NCBI GenBank assembly: GCA_963725865.1
Contig: CAVSAC010000011.1
Location: 69,152 to 133,151 of the forward strand
Direction of reading: 5' to 3'
From: Candidatus Eiseniibacteriota bacterium
Lineage (GTDB): Bacteria; Eisenbacteria; RBG-16-71-46
DNA: 64,000 bases
The notes beneath the pieces are model-generated. The model was not told the DNA's origin. It worked only from the letters and a program-made list of their open reading frames with translations, and searched no databases. Below are positions 53,601 to 62,779 of this stretch, in pieces. The number at the start of each line of letters is the position of its first letter. The first letter of the stretch is position 1. Position numbers and translations under genes: made by a program.

Positions 53601-53695
53601 TCTACACCGTGGTGGCCAAGGCCCACAAGCGCGACGAGGTGCTCGAGCCGGTGGAAGCGGGCGTGGTGCCAGGCGCGGAGACGGTCACGGCCTGA
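50611..53695 (+). CDS. RND efflux permease (AcrB/MexI-like), 1 frameshift near 51240
   Basis: DLFIRRPVLA, GLVVDDAIVVVENI, GLVAKNGILIVEFAN, RLRPILMT. Confidence 0.95.
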
Positions 53696-53996
53696 CCCGG
53701 GCGCCGGGGCAAGAACACGGCAGGCGGACGCGGGCGGGGGGAGGTCCCCCGCCCGCGCCGCCGTCTTCGGGTCCCCGCATGGTCGGGACCCTCCGCCCGA
53801 CATGGCCCATCGGGCCCGGGCGACGCGCGTACCGCGTGCGCCCCGCGAACCGCAGCCCCGGTCGAGGCGCTCGCCCATCCCTTCGAGACCCGGCCACGCT
53901 GCTCGCCGCGCGCCGGTGCCCGGGCGAGCCGCGACGCCCGCGGAGCGGCCAGGCCGGCGGTTGGCGAACCAGGCGGCGATGGGCCTGACGCTGGAG

Positions 53997-54029
53997 TGTA
54001 GAACCTTCGTTCCGCGGGAAGGAATCACC
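53997..54029. promoter_or_regulatory. tandem activator-binding sites (putative UAS)
   Basis: TGTAG-AAC-CTTCG and GGAAG-GAA-TCACC, 20-bp period. Confidence 0.55.
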
Positions 54030-54139
54030 ATCGCCCGAGCGTCGATACGCAGACCCACGGGCCACCCTCGTTCCGATGACCGGCTGATACGCATTGCTGC
54101 CCCATGGTCTTGCGGACGAGTGCCACCCGGGCAGCGGTT

Positions 54140-54154
54140 CGGCATGAATCTCGC
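54140..54154 (+). promoter_or_regulatory. weak sigma-54-like promoter
   Basis: CGGCATGAATCTCGC (GG-N10-GC) about 110 bp downstream of the UAS pair. Confidence 0.45.
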
Positions 54155-54238
54155 GACTGCCATCGAGGTCGACCACGCCTGTCTCCTGGGAACAGCCAGG
54201 GATGCCAGGCGATCCCACCCCCAACATGGAGGCCCTCG

Positions 54239-54847
54239 ATGCCCATCCGAGTCCACCGTTCCACTCGATCCGCCCTCGTCGTCTCGTTCCTGATGCTGGC
54301 CGTGCTGGCCGTGTCCTGCGGGAAGAAGGAGTCGACCGTGGGCGAGGCGGCCGAGGCCAAGGCGCCCGAAGCGACCGAGCCGGCCCCTGCTCCCGCTCTG
54401 ACCGATGCCAACATCGTCGCGATCGTCGTGACGGCGAACAAGGAGGACATCGCGAACGCGAAGATGGCGCTGGGCGAGACGAAGAACCCCGCCGTGAAGG
54501 CGTTCGCGAACCAGATGGTGATGGACCACACCTCGGTCATCAAGCAGGTCACCGATCTGGCGACGAAGCTCAGTCTGAATCCGGAGGGCAACGACACCGA
54601 CCGCCAGCTCGGAGAGAATGCCGAACGCACTCGCAAGACCATCGCCGAGTCGAAGGGCGCGGCGTTCGACAGGGCCTACATCGACAACGAGATCGCCTAT
54701 CATCAGGCGGTCATCGACATGCTGGACCAGACTCTCATCCCAGGCGCCAGCAATGCGGAGCTGAAGGCCCTGCTGGAGAGCGTGCGGCCTGCCTTCCTGG
54801 CGCATCTCGATCACGCCAAGCACGTTCAGGCGTCACTCCCGAGCTAG
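54239..54847 (+). CDS. DUF4142 domain lipoprotein
   Basis: GGAGG RBS, LAVSC lipobox, VKAFANQMVMDH, GAAFDRAYIDNEIAYHQ, HLDHAK. Confidence 0.9.
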   Translation: MPIRVHRSTRSALVVSFLMLAVLAVSCGKKESTVGEAAEAKAPEATEPAPAPALTDANIVAIVVTANKEDIANAKMALGETKNPAVKAFANQMVMDHTSVIKQVTDLATKLSLNPEGNDTDRQLGENAERTRKTIAESKGAAFDRAYIDNEIAYHQAVIDMLDQTLIPGASNAELKALLESVRPAFLAHLDHAKHVQASLPS

Positions 54848-54924
54848 TCGCCGCTTCGACATGGACCTGCTCATCCTGAATGGCATCGAGCGCCCGTGCA
54901 GGGCGATACCAGAGAGGGGGCGTC

Positions 54925-55317
54925 ATGAAGGGCTACGTGCAGGACATCGAGGGTCTCGCGGTCAAGAATGACGAGTTTCGCCGGGTGCTCTATACGGCAC
55001 AGCACTGCCAACTCGTCCTCATGTCGCTGAAACCCAAGGAAGAGATCGGGGCGGAGGTCCACCAGCTCGACCAGTTCTTCCGCGTGGAGGAGGGGACTGG
55101 AGAGGCGGTCCTCGACCAGGTGCGCACGGCGGTCCGCGCGGGGTTCGCGGTGCTCGTCCCGGCCGGGACGAATCACAACATCATCAACACCGGCACTGTT
55201 CCTCTGAAGCTCTATACGCTCTATGCGCCGCCGAACCATCGGGATGGGGTCGTCCACCATACCCGCGCCGACGCGGAGGCCGACAACGAGCAGTTCGCCG
55301 GCAAGACGACGGAGTAG
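54925..55317 (+). CDS. cupin domain protein
   Basis: FRRVLYT, EIGAEVHQLDQFFRVEEG, VPAGTNHNIINTG, LYTLYAPPNH. Confidence 0.92.
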   Translation: MKGYVQDIEGLAVKNDEFRRVLYTAQHCQLVLMSLKPKEEIGAEVHQLDQFFRVEEGTGEAVLDQVRTAVRAGFAVLVPAGTNHNIINTGTVPLKLYTLYAPPNHRDGVVHHTRADAEADNEQFAGKTTE

Positions 55318-55420
55318 CGATCTCATGGCGGACTCGGCGCGAGTCGAGCGCGGGGAAGGATCCTTCGCCCGCGCCGAGCGCTGCGCGCGCCGCGTCATCC
55401 GGGTGCGGCGGCCCCGCTGG

Positions 55421-58120
55421 CTAACGCCGGGCCGCGAGCGTGACGCGGGTATCGGGGTCCCCGAACAGGGTGAACGCGCCCCAGTCCGGTCGCGTCGAAC
55501 CCGGCGACCGCGATCGAGCCGCGCGCTGCGCGGCCACGAGCGCATCGCCCGCGGTCTCACCGCGGGCGAGCCCTTCGTAGAGATCCTGCATCAGCGCGGC
55601 GGTGGGGCGATCCTCCACCTGCCAGAGCGTCGCGACCACCGCGCGCGCGCCCGAGGCGAGCCAGGCCGAGGCGAGGTTGGGGAGACCCTCGGAGCTGGTC
55701 GAGCCCCCCGCGGAGGTGCATCCCGCCAGCACGCACACACGGGCGGTCCGGGGCAGCCGCGCGATGCGCGCCGCGGTGAGGTAGGCGTCCTCACCTGCGC
55801 CGCTGCCGAGCAGGAACCCCGCCCGCCACGGGGCAGCCGCGGGGCCGCGCGTGTGCGACGCGATGTGCAGCACGTCGCGGGGCCCGAGTCCGTCCATCAT
55901 CTGCTCCAGCGACGTGCTGCCGTCGTTCTCGCGCACCCGGGCCGCGGGGAATTGCCGCGCCAACCAGCGTGACTCCGCCGCGACGCCGTCGAGCTTGCGG
56001 CCGTGCACGTCGGTGGCGCGGCTCAGCACGGTGAGGCCGGCGGGGGCGGGAGCGTCCCGAGCGGCGCGCTCCGCGGCGAACAGCGTCCCCGAGGGCACGA
56101 GCGCGAAGCGGCGGAGCACCGCGATGGGCGACGACTCGCCCGGCAGACTGAGCATCCCGAGCGGGAAGGCTCCGAACCCGCCGGCCGAGACCAGCACCGT
56201 GCGCGCAGGGCGCACGAGATCGGCGACCGGGCCGAGCAGGGCGCTGCCGAGCGACGTCGCGCCTTCGGCGATCGCGGCCGGGTGCGTGTCGCCCGCCGCG
56301 AGCAGGTCGCGGAACCTCCTCAGCCGCGCACCGAGGACCGTGGAGCCCGGAGCGCCCGCGACGCGGACGTGCGAGCGGTCGATCACGAACAGGAACGTGG
56401 TCTCGGGCGCCGCGAACACGTCGAGGAACACCTCGCCCGGGCGCAACGCCCGGTGCTGGAGCTGCTCGAGCGACGCGCGCGGAAGCACCACGGGCGCCTC
56501 GGCGCCGAGCAGCGCGTCCTCGAGGGTGCGGGACCGGAAGCGCTGCAGGACCATGAACGTCTCGGCGGCCCGCGATGCCGTGGTCCCGCCGCGGGCGGGA
56601 TCGAGCAGCACGGCGGCGTAGAGTCCGTAGATCCGCGGGGCGTCGTTCTCGTAGGTCTCGCGCCACTCGAGGTCGTCCGGGTCGGCGCGGCTCTGCTCCC
56701 ACGCCTCGGCCGCGAGCCGGAGATGCGTCAATGCGCTGTCCCGGCGCGCCGACGCGAGGAAGGAGCGGGCGAGGTCGCCCTCGACCGCGATCAGCCCCGC
56801 GCCCACCTGGCCCCGCCAGCCGCGCCGCGCCGCCGCGCTCGCGCGCAATGCCCGGACCGCTCCCGCGGCGTCACCGGTCGCGAGCCGGGCGAGCCCCAGC
56901 GCGTGCTGGAGCTCCGCGCGTGCGGCCGTGGGCGCGTCCACGCGCATGGAATCGAGCGCCCCCTGGGCGATGCCCAGGGCCTCCCCGGCACGGCCGCGCA
57001 GGATCCCGACGCGGGCGAGGTCGGACATCGCATCGGCCCAGGCCTCCGCGCTGCACGAGTCGCGCAACGCGACCACGCGCCACAGCGTCGCCTCGGCCTC
57101 GACGAGCCGGCCCTGGGAGCGACGCACCCCGGCCAGATCGTCCAACGCGCGCACCTCGAGGTCCACGGCTCGAGTGCGCTCGGCGGCACCCACGACACTG
57201 TCGAGGATCGCGGCCGCCTCCACCCAGTGGCCCTGGGCCACCACGCACAGGCCGAGGTTGCGCTGCGACTGGAGCGCGAGCAGGTCACGACCGAGCGCGA
57301 GCTGGGAGGTGAGGGCCTCGCGGTAGTAGGGCGCCGCGCGCGAGGGATCGCCGTACTGGAACTCGAGCGCGCCGAGGTCGTTCAGGGCGTCGGCGGCGTT
57401 GCGGAGGTCTCCCGCTCCGCGCGACTCGGCGAGCACGCGCTCGTACTCCCGTCGTGACTCGGTCGGTCGCGCCTGCTGGAAGAGCGCATTGGCCAGGCCG
57501 GCGCGCGCGGTGCGTGCCGCGCGCGCCTCGCGGGCGTCGATGAGCAGCCGCAGCGCCGTCCGATAGCCGCGCTCGGCCCGGTCCAGGTGACCATCCTGGA
57601 TCGCGATGTAGGAGGTCCCGATGAGGGCGAATCCCTCCATGGGTCGCAGCCGCGCCCGGCGTGCCAGCGCCAGCATCTCGCCGAAGGTCCTGCCCGCCTC
57701 GGGGAAGCGCTGGCGCACGATCGCGGAGTAGCCGATGGTGCGCAGCGCGAGGCACCAGGTGAGGGTGTCGCGCCGGGCGCGGATGCGGGGGAGCCAGTGG
57801 CGCGCCTCCCGCTGCGGCTCCTCGGACGTGACCTCGAAGTACACCCGGAGCCCGGCGGCTTTGACCGAAGCCAGCATGACGAGATCGGAGTCGCCCGTGG
57901 CGCGCGCCGCTCCGGTCAGGGAGTCGAGATACGCGCGGGCGCGGGGGAGGCCACCGCGCATCAGCGAATCGGCGTGCGCGAGTGCCGCCGCGTGCCGATA
58001 CGAGGGCCACGCCTCGCGTGGCTGGGCGTCAGTGACGCGGGCCGACGCACCCAGTGCGGCGAGTGCGAGCGCCACGCTCCAGGCGCGCGCGCGCGCCCGG
58101 CTCAGGGGAGGCGGACCCAC
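55421..58120 (-). CDS. TPR + CHAT (caspase-like) protease with N-terminal signal-like sequence; start approximate
   Basis: RARARAWSVALALAALGASA signal; TPR-like helices; LHIASH, VLAGC, GARAVVATLWQVED and WGAFTLFG CHAT motifs. Confidence 0.88.
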   Translation of the reverse strand: MGPPPLSRARARAWSVALALAALGASARVTDAQPREAWPSYRHAAALAHADSLMRGGLPRARAYLDSLTGAARATGDSDLVMLASVKAAGLRVYFEVTSEEPQREARHWLPRIRARRDTLTWCLALRTIGYSAIVRQRFPEAGRTFGEMLALARRARLRPMEGFALIGTSYIAIQDGHLDRAERGYRTALRLLIDAREARAARTARAGLANALFQQARPTESRREYERVLAESRGAGDLRNAADALNDLGALEFQYGDPSRAAPYYREALTSQLALGRDLLALQSQRNLGLCVVAQGHWVEAAAILDSVVGAAERTRAVDLEVRALDDLAGVRRSQGRLVEAEATLWRVVALRDSCSAEAWADAMSDLARVGILRGRAGEALGIAQGALDSMRVDAPTAARAELQHALGLARLATGDAAGAVRALRASAAARRGWRGQVGAGLIAVEGDLARSFLASARRDSALTHLRLAAEAWEQSRADPDDLEWRETYENDAPRIYGLYAAVLLDPARGGTTASRAAETFMVLQRFRSRTLEDALLGAEAPVVLPRASLEQLQHRALRPGEVFLDVFAAPETTFLFVIDRSHVRVAGAPGSTVLGARLRRFRDLLAAGDTHPAAIAEGATSLGSALLGPVADLVRPARTVLVSAGGFGAFPLGMLSLPGESSPIAVLRRFALVPSGTLFAAERAARDAPAPAGLTVLSRATDVHGRKLDGVAAESRWLARQFPAARVRENDGSTSLEQMMDGLGPRDVLHIASHTRGPAAAPWRAGFLLGSGAGEDAYLTAARIARLPRTARVCVLAGCTSAGGSTSSEGLPNLASAWLASGARAVVATLWQVEDRPTAALMQDLYEGLARGETAGDALVAAQRAARSRSPGSTRPDWGAFTLFGDPDTRVTLAARR

Positions 58121-58818
58121 TGGGCCGACGAGGTCGCGATGGGGTCTCCCTGGTGCAGCGCGACGACCTCGATGGAGACCTCCGCGCCCGCGGCGAGCCC
58201 GCGCGGCAGCCCCCCGGCGCGCAGCGCGCACTCAGGGCGGCCGAGTCCCTCGAGGCGGGCGATCTCGGTCAGGTCGGCGCCTAGGAACCGGACACGATAC
58301 TCGTCCGCCCCGGGCACCCGGGTCCACCGCAGCATGACCGTCCCCGCGGCGTCACGGGTGCTCGCCACGCGGAAGTCGGCAACCTCGTCCGTGCCCCGCA
58401 CCGCTCGTACCGGGGGTCGGATCCCGGACGACCACCAGGCCAGCCCGGCGACCACCGCGAGTCCCGCGAGCGCCACGCCCGCTCGCCCTGCCGGGCGCCC
58501 GAGCAGGTCCGCGAGCGCGCGCCAGCCCGCCTCCGGTCGGTCCGCCGCCCGAGGCGGGCCGGGGCGAGCCGGATCGGGCGGAGATGGCTCCTCGGTCGGC
58601 TGGATGCCCTGCCCGGCCAGCCGGCGACGCAGCTCGACGCAGGCACTGTCGATGTCCTCCGGGTCCGTCGGTGCGGCCCCCGGTCGCTCGAAGTCGGCCA
58701 GCATGCGCCGCATCGCCTCGAACCGAGGGGTCGTGGCGGCCCGCATCCGCTGTGGATCGTCCTCCGGCAGCGACATCAGCCGCGAGAACTCCTCCGCGGA
58801 GATGGGTGTGTCGGTCAT
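58102..58818 (-). CDS. putative single-TM anti-sigma factor
   Basis: ATGA-coupled to the ECF gene; central TM GVALAGLAVVAGLAWW, then a VRG motif and an FN3-like LRWTRVPGADEYRV domain. Confidence 0.65.
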   Translation of the reverse strand: MTDTPISAEEFSRLMSLPEDDPQRMRAATTPRFEAMRRMLADFERPGAAPTDPEDIDSACVELRRRLAGQGIQPTEEPSPPDPARPGPPRAADRPEAGWRALADLLGRPAGRAGVALAGLAVVAGLAWWSSGIRPPVRAVRGTDEVADFRVASTRDAAGTVMLRWTRVPGADEYRVRFLGADLTEIARLEGLGRPECALRAGGLPRGLAAGAEVSIEVVALHQGDPIATSSAQWVRLP

Positions 58819-59414
58819 GGGCGACCTCCGTCATGAGGTTCCGTGGGAGCGAGGGCGGCGCGCAGCTTGCGCCGCGCCGTCTGGAGCAACCCGCGTGCAC
58901 CGGAGGCGCCGTCCACGCCGAGCACGCGCGTGATGTCGTCCACGCTCATGCCCTCGTAGGCCCGCATCCAGAGCGCGGCGCGCTCCCGTGGCTCGAGGGC
59001 CTGCTCCATCGCGCCGAGGATCCTCCTCATCGTCTCGCTCGACTCATGGTCGGCCTCGGGCCCCGCGCCCGGTGCCAACAGGCTGTCGGCGGAGACCTCG
59101 GGATCGACGTCGAGCGAGCGCCGTCGCACGGCGCTCAGGCAGCGATGGTGGACGATGACGAACAGCCACGCCGAGAACCTCCCCCGCGCCTCGTAGCGCG
59201 GCAGCGCATCGACCATCTGGATCAGGCTGTCCTGCGCCAGGTCGAGGGCACGCTCGCGCTCGCGCACCACGCGGTGCGCCCATCGGTACACGCGACCCGA
59301 CCAGCGATCGATGAGGGCGCCGAGCGCCGCGCGTCCGAGCGGCCCCTCGCGGTCGTCCAGGTACTCGGCGATCAGCATCTCATCGGATCGTTCGTCAGGG
59401 GGCCGGGTGGGCAT
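58815..59414 (-). CDS. ECF-family RNA polymerase sigma factor
   Basis: ALDLAQDSL, RFSAWLFVI, LEPRERAALWMRAYEGMSVDDI, LQTARRKLR. Confidence 0.88.
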   Translation of the reverse strand: MPTRPPDERSDEMLIAEYLDDREGPLGRAALGALIDRWSGRVYRWAHRVVRERERALDLAQDSLIQMVDALPRYEARGRFSAWLFVIVHHRCLSAVRRRSLDVDPEVSADSLLAPGAGPEADHESSETMRRILGAMEQALEPRERAALWMRAYEGMSVDDITRVLGVDGASGARGLLQTARRKLRAALAPTEPHDGGRP

Positions 59415-59655
59415 CGTGTCCGAAAGCCTAGCCCATCCACTTGGAGAACGCACCGGCCAGGGAGACGTCACGGCCGATCCCAGAACGGACCCGTCCACGC
59501 CTCGCGATCCTCACCCGGGACGTGATTCCTGGCGCCCCGAGGCGTTCTCGAGAGTGGGCCCAACCCGTCCGATCGCCGCGGCCCCGGTCACGGGGCCCGG
59601 CGCGTTCCGCCTCCTGAACTGGCGAGGCGGGCCCGGACGCGGATCCGGCCACGGG

Positions 59656-61197
59656 TCAGGGGGCGAGGCGGAGCGTGGACACCTGGCCGGTCGCGGTCAG
59701 GTCGAAGCTCACGTCGAACGGACCGCGGGGTGTGTCCGCGCGGTAGTGCAGGATGCGCGTGGTGGGTTCCGCGGAGCTCCAGGGATGGGCGACCACATCG
59801 CTGCCGAGGTAGCGGAGCGAGTCGATGGTCGACAGCTGCCGCGCGAGCTGCGCGCGGCGGTCGGCCGGAAGGCCGTGGTAGAAAGCGGTGTGACCGGCGG
59901 TCATGAGGGGCGAGGCCTGCCCCTGCGCCATGGCGCCGAGCAGGTCGCGAAGGCCTCGGGTCGTCGCCGGATCCGGGTCGGCGGCCGGCATCAGCGAAGC
60001 GATGGACCGGTATTCGGGGCGCAGGAGCTCGGCCACCCGCCGCGCGATGACGGCGGCATTCGGACCCGCGGCGAGGTCGAGATTGGTGAGGACGATCACG
60101 GTCACGGGCTCATCCAGGAAGCGCAGGACGTTCGTGCCCGAAGCGCCGCTGTGGCCGACCGTGCGGTGACCCCGCAGGTTCCCCAGCTCCCAGCCGAGAC
60201 CGTACATCTGCCCGCTCACGAGCGCGTCCTGGCCGTTGGCCAGACGAGCCGGGGCCCACATCGCCTCCAGGCTCGCGCGATCCAGGAGGCGTCCCCCGCG
60301 AAGCGCGGCGTCGAACTTCGCGAGGTCCTCGACGGTGGAGTAGATCCCGAAGAACGAGGGGAGCTCGTACTGCCAGTCCCGACGCCAGTTCGCGAGCTGT
60401 CCGTCGCGCAAGGTATAGACCGGGACGCGGTCCTTGAGGATCCGCCACCGGTCGATGATCCCGGACCGCGTCATCCCCAGCGGGTCGAAGAAGCGGCGCT
60501 GCATGAAGTCGCGATACGATCCTCCCGATGACTTCTCGATGATCATGCCGAGCAGCAGGTACCCCGCGTCGCTGTAAGCCGCGCGCTCCCCCGGGGCGAA
60601 CGAGGGTGCGGACCGAGCGATGAAGTCGAAGGCCGCCTTGGTGCTGATGTCGAGCAGAGCCGAGCCCTCCCAGCTCACGATCGCATCGGTCGGCAGCCCC
60701 GCCGTGTGGGTGAGGAGCTGGCGGACGGTGATCCCGCGCCATGCGTCGGGGAGGTCGTCGAGATAGACGCCGATCCGATCGTCGAGGTGGACCTTGCCTT
60801 CCTCGACGAGCATCATCACGGCCGCCGCGGTGAACGGCTTCGTGATGGATGCGATCTCGAACACACTGGTGGGGGTGACCGGACTGTCGGTCTCCAGGTT
60901 CCCCGTCCCGTAGCCCTTGGCATACGCGATGCGCCCGTCCTCCACGACCGCGAGCGCGAGTCCTGGGATCCGCCGTGCACGCATCGCACGGACCACCAGC
61001 GTGTCGACCGCATCGGGTAGGATGGTGGCCGGGCCGGGTGGGCTGGGAACGGTGATCGGCGGGCGGACCGCGCCGGGGCCTGCCGCACTCGCCACCGTCG
61101 ATCCCGGGCCGAGGAGCACCAGGGTGGCCGAGAGCGCGGATCCGCGGACGACCCGTGAGATCACCGATGGTGCCGCCGGGCAGCCGGTCATGGGCAT
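59656..61197 (-). CDS. serine hydrolase, beta-lactamase/AmpC-like family, exported
   Basis: FEIASITK (SxxK), LLTHTAGL, YSD (YxN variant), GHSG; AAGGAG RBS. Confidence 0.9.
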   Translation of the reverse strand: MPMTGCPAAPSVISRVVRGSALSATLVLLGPGSTVASAAGPGAVRPPITVPSPPGPATILPDAVDTLVVRAMRARRIPGLALAVVEDGRIAYAKGYGTGNLETDSPVTPTSVFEIASITKPFTAAAVMMLVEEGKVHLDDRIGVYLDDLPDAWRGITVRQLLTHTAGLPTDAIVSWEGSALLDISTKAAFDFIARSAPSFAPGERAAYSDAGYLLLGMIIEKSSGGSYRDFMQRRFFDPLGMTRSGIIDRWRILKDRVPVYTLRDGQLANWRRDWQYELPSFFGIYSTVEDLAKFDAALRGGRLLDRASLEAMWAPARLANGQDALVSGQMYGLGWELGNLRGHRTVGHSGASGTNVLRFLDEPVTVIVLTNLDLAAGPNAAVIARRVAELLRPEYRSIASLMPAADPDPATTRGLRDLLGAMAQGQASPLMTAGHTAFYHGLPADRRAQLARQLSTIDSLRYLGSDVVAHPWSSAEPTTRILHYRADTPRGPFDVSFDLTATGQVSTLRLAP

Positions 61198-61407
61198 CGT
61201 CTCCTTCCCGGATTCGACGTCGCATCTCCGCGAAGGGTTGGCCGCTCCTCGGCCCCCGTTCCCGGAGCGATCGGGCTCGAGGACCGTCGGCTCGACAGCA
61301 TCGGGGGGCCGCAACGCCAGGAGACCGCGGGTGGTCGGGTCCCGACCCGCCGCTGGCCTGACCTCGAGGGGGTCCTCCGCCCCGGGAGCGGTCCCATCGC
61401 ACTGTCC

Positions 61408-61435
61408 TGTAACCTTTTCTCCGTCCCCGTCGTAA
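61408..61435 (+). promoter_or_regulatory. putative ECF sigma promoter
   Basis: TGTAACC-N16-CGTAA about 65 bp upstream of the MacA-like gene. Confidence 0.55.
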
Positions 61436-61499
61436 CCTGCTCCAGCGCCCCGGGGCGCGCGGACATCCGAACGCACACGATCATGGAGACCACGGGACG

Positions 61500-62768
61500 A
61501 TGAAACGAAGAGTGCTGTGGATAGGCGGCGCGCTCGTGGTGGTGGGCGCCGTCGCCGTGGGCATCGTCGTGCGGGGGCGCTCGCACAAGGGGCTCGAGGT
61601 CCAGACGGCGAAGGTGAGCCGGCAGGAGATCGTGCAGAAGGTCAGCGCCACCGGCAGGATCCAGCCCAAGACCCAGATCAAGATCAGCGCGGACGTGAGC
61701 TCCAAGATCAAGAAGCTCGCCGTGAAGGAAGGCCAGTGGGTCGAGAAGGGAGCGTTCCTGGTCGGGCTGGATCGGGAACGCTACCTCGCGGCGGTCGAGA
61801 GCGCAGAGGCCAACGTGCGATCCGCGCAGGCGAACGCCGCGCTCACCCGCCAGAACATGAACCGGGCAGAGAAGGAGTACGCGCGGTCGAGGGACCTGCT
61901 GGCGAAGGAGCTGGAGTCGCAGTCGGACTTCGACGCCAAGGAGACCACGTACCAGGTCGAGGCGGCACGCTACAAGTCCGCGCTGGAGCAGGTGGAGCAG
62001 GCGCGGGCCACGCTCAAGCAGGCGCGGGACGACCTGTCCAAGACCACCATCTACGCGCCCATGGCCGGGACGGTGAGCGAGTTGAACAAGGAGGAAGGCG
62101 AGATCGCCCTGGGATCCCAGTTCCAGGCGGACGTCATCCTGGTGATCGCCGATCTCTCCGAGATGGAGGCGCAGGTCAACGTCGACGAGAACGACATCGT
62201 CGCCATCAAGGCCGGCCAGCCCGCGGAGATCCAGACCGATGCCCTGCTCGCCCAGCCGCTGAAGGGCACCGTCCGCGAGATCAGCAGCAGCGCCAATGCC
62301 TCGGCCTCGGGCACCACCGAGCAGAAGACCGAGTTCGAGATCAAGATCGGCATCACCGCGCCACCCAAGACGCTCCGACCGGGCATGACCGCCAGCGCGG
62401 ACATCGTGACCAACACCAACGCCACCGCCCTGAGCGTGCCCCTGCAGTGCGTCGCGCTTCGCACCGTGGACCAACTCGTCCGCAAGGGCGAGAAGCGGAA
62501 GGACGCCGAAGCGCGATTCAAGGCGGACCGGGACGGCTTCGTCGAGGTCGTGTTCTGCATCGAGAGCGGCCGGGCGGTCGCCCGGCAGGTCAAGACCGGG
62601 ATCCAGAGCGACGAGTCGATCGAGATCCTCGACGGCCTCAAGGAGGGTGAGGAGGTCGTCATCGGAAGCTACCGCGCGATCTCGAAGGACCTCGAGAACG
62701 GCGCGGTGGTGAGGATCAACAACGAGAAGAAGCCCGAGAAGCCGGACGGCAACCGGCCGCAGGGATAG
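61500..62768 (+). CDS. MacA-like efflux periplasmic adaptor
   Basis: N-terminal TM, VSATGRIQP, TTIYAPMAGTV, IADLSEME..VDENDI, LRPGMTA. Confidence 0.92.
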   Translation: MKRRVLWIGGALVVVGAVAVGIVVRGRSHKGLEVQTAKVSRQEIVQKVSATGRIQPKTQIKISADVSSKIKKLAVKEGQWVEKGAFLVGLDRERYLAAVESAEANVRSAQANAALTRQNMNRAEKEYARSRDLLAKELESQSDFDAKETTYQVEAARYKSALEQVEQARATLKQARDDLSKTTIYAPMAGTVSELNKEEGEIALGSQFQADVILVIADLSEMEAQVNVDENDIVAIKAGQPAEIQTDALLAQPLKGTVREISSSANASASGTTEQKTEFEIKIGITAPPKTLRPGMTASADIVTNTNATALSVPLQCVALRTVDQLVRKGEKRKDAEARFKADRDGFVEVVFCIESGRAVARQVKTGIQSDESIEILDGLKEGEEVVIGSYRAISKDLENGAVVRINNEKKPEKPDGNRPQG

Positions 62769-62779
62769 GGTCCATCGAG

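Noticed and set aside
328..53695. Programmed ribosomal frameshifting or widespread pseudogenes
   Set aside because: The shifts are scattered, not at recognisable slippery sites, and hit unrelated genes whose motifs are otherwise intact, which is typical of long-read errors.
59656..61197. Clinical-type beta-lactamase resistance gene
   Set aside because: It has the SxxK fold but YSD/HSG motifs and an extra C-terminal domain, which fit generic serine hydrolases or peptidases; resistance cannot be inferred.
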